DNA of 62,231 bases, filler included, from Sphacelaria rigidula (taxonomy: Eukaryota), in assembly GCA_964200075.2 (NCBI GenBank). It is 7 parts of 7 records of this genome, joined end to end, with 100 filler letters (N's around TTAATTAATTAA, not from the genome) between each part and the next. Parts side by side here need not be neighbours in the genome. Positions count along the whole stretch, not along the records: positions 53,429 to 62,231 come from CAXNAA020010055.1; 6 more parts are not named here. The stretch is one strand, 5' to 3'. Positions 61,236 to 62,231 of the stretch are shown here, in pieces. A program made the position numbers and the translations under genes. Within the stretch, counting starts at the first letter, position 1; the number at the start of each line of letters is the position of its first letter. The notes under the pieces were generated by a model. The model searched no databases and had not been told where the DNA came from. It was given only the letters and a program-made list of their open reading frames with translations.

Positions 61236-61822
61236 AAAACGGGGGGGGGAGGGGGTGGGGGAAGGGTGAAAAAGAACAAACTCCAGACAGCATCCGCATT
61301 AGGAAAGGCCGAGCGTGTTACACGCAGGGTCACTAACATCAGTCGTATCACCTCTACTGCTCGCGAAACTAGACGCAAGTTATGAAGTTAAGATAATGGT
61401 GGCTGATGTAGACAGGTCGGGACACGCTCCCCCCCCCCCCCCCCCCCCCCCACCCCCACGGGACACTCTCCCACAACAAAAACCCCCAAAAAAAAAAAAA
61501 AAAAAAAAACAAACAAAACCTTCTTCCAGCCACTTCTTTTTTAAATTTACAGCCCGGGTGAAGTGCGTTTTTTCTTTTGAATAAAAATTCATCAACTTCG
61601 AAGGACATCCTCGATCCATGATCAATCAACGACGATTGAAATAACAACAGATAAACCTTCTCTTCCGACAGCTAATTAACCAGGATGCTGGATGAGCAGA
61701 ACATAATTATTATGGAAGGAGACTATTTTTGTGAGGTACACGACAACGAAGGGAACGAGCGTCTTTCTACCCCCAGTTCCTCTCTCCAAGAAAGAGGAAG
61801 AGGGAGGGAGAAAAACAGACAA

Positions 61823-62092
61823 CTAGCGTGGACACGCCTTCTTGCCCTCCCGTGTGCTTCCCTCTTTGTCCTTGCCCTTTCCGATCGCTCCAACAACCGG
61901 CGCTACCCCCGGGCCACTGTCGGCTGATTCCTTCGCCTCCAAGGATCCCGCGGCGTTGGCGCTGCTGAGACGCTTCTTCTCGCAGGCGAGGGCCTCTCTC
62001 TGGTAGTACTCGCAATTTCCGTTCAGGTTCGTCAGCAGAGGTTCGAGCTTGGGGAAGATTGTCACGAACGGTTCCCACAGCGGCTTCACGAT
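61823..62092 (-). CDS. Terminal exon of a class I 3',5'-cyclic nucleotide phosphodiesterase
   Basis: aaacag|IVKPLWEPFVTIFPKLEPLLTNLNGNCEYY... fits the C-terminal helices of PDEase_I (iv.Plw..f....p.l......L..N...w/y), followed by a low-complexity tail and TAG. Confidence 0.75.
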   Translation of the reverse strand: MVKPLWEPFVTIFPKLEPLLTNLNGNCEYYQREALACEKKRLSSANAAGSLEAKESADSGPGVAPVVGAIGKGKDKEGSTREGKKACPR

Positions 62093-62149
62093 CTGTTTTT
62101 GGGAATGGCAAAAGCAGTGGTGTGCGAGGGGTCGAAAGGAGGGGGGTGT

Positions 62150-62231
62150 ACTCATGATGATCATGCATGCCATAGTCATAAGACCATTGACCTCGCAACC
62201 CTACAATGCCGGGACGGAGCACGCCGGGTTT
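62150..62231 (-). mobile_element. C-tailed repeat subfamily B 3' end
   Basis: GTACTCATGATGATCATGCATGCCATAGTCATAAGACCATTGACCTCGCAACCC...GGGACGGAGCACGCCGGGTTT. Confidence 0.88.

Overview
Eukaryotic, intron-rich nuclear DNA, most likely from a brown alga (Phaeophyceae, Ectocarpus-like). The evidence is an EsV-1-7 repeat protein, a 72-nt single-exon LRR module, a stramenopile bipartite plastid presequence and CCCTAA telomere-type repeats. The window is not one locus. It is seven contigs of 8806, 8805, 8805, 8804, 8804, 8804 and 8803 bp, sorted by length and joined by artificial N44-TTAATTAATTAA-N44 linkers, so nothing can be inferred across linkers and most six-frame ORFs are spurious. Supported genes: an intronless 11-repeat EsV-1-7 C3H protein, five 3' exons of an SR splicing factor, one LRR exon, three exons of a WHIM/WSD plus Tudor-like chromatin protein, two exons of a DEP-domain protein, the first coding exon of a plastid-targeted protein, a coiled-coil exon, and the last exon of a class I cyclic-nucleotide phosphodiesterase. 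The remainder is dense in small transposons: a decayed LINE, tRNA-derived SINEs, several MITE families with 8-bp target-site duplications (TSDs), a TTAA-flanked MITE and long fold-backs. Most interesting are (i) a ~500 bp element whose inverted ends each carry an 86-bp palindrome fused to an inward-facing tRNA-type Pol III promoter, (ii) a C-tailed repeat that is always sense to the nearest gene and often abuts 3' splice sites, (iii) TALE-like variable positions in the EsV-1-7 array, and (iv) a CA-N6-GGAC terminus shared by otherwise different MITE families.
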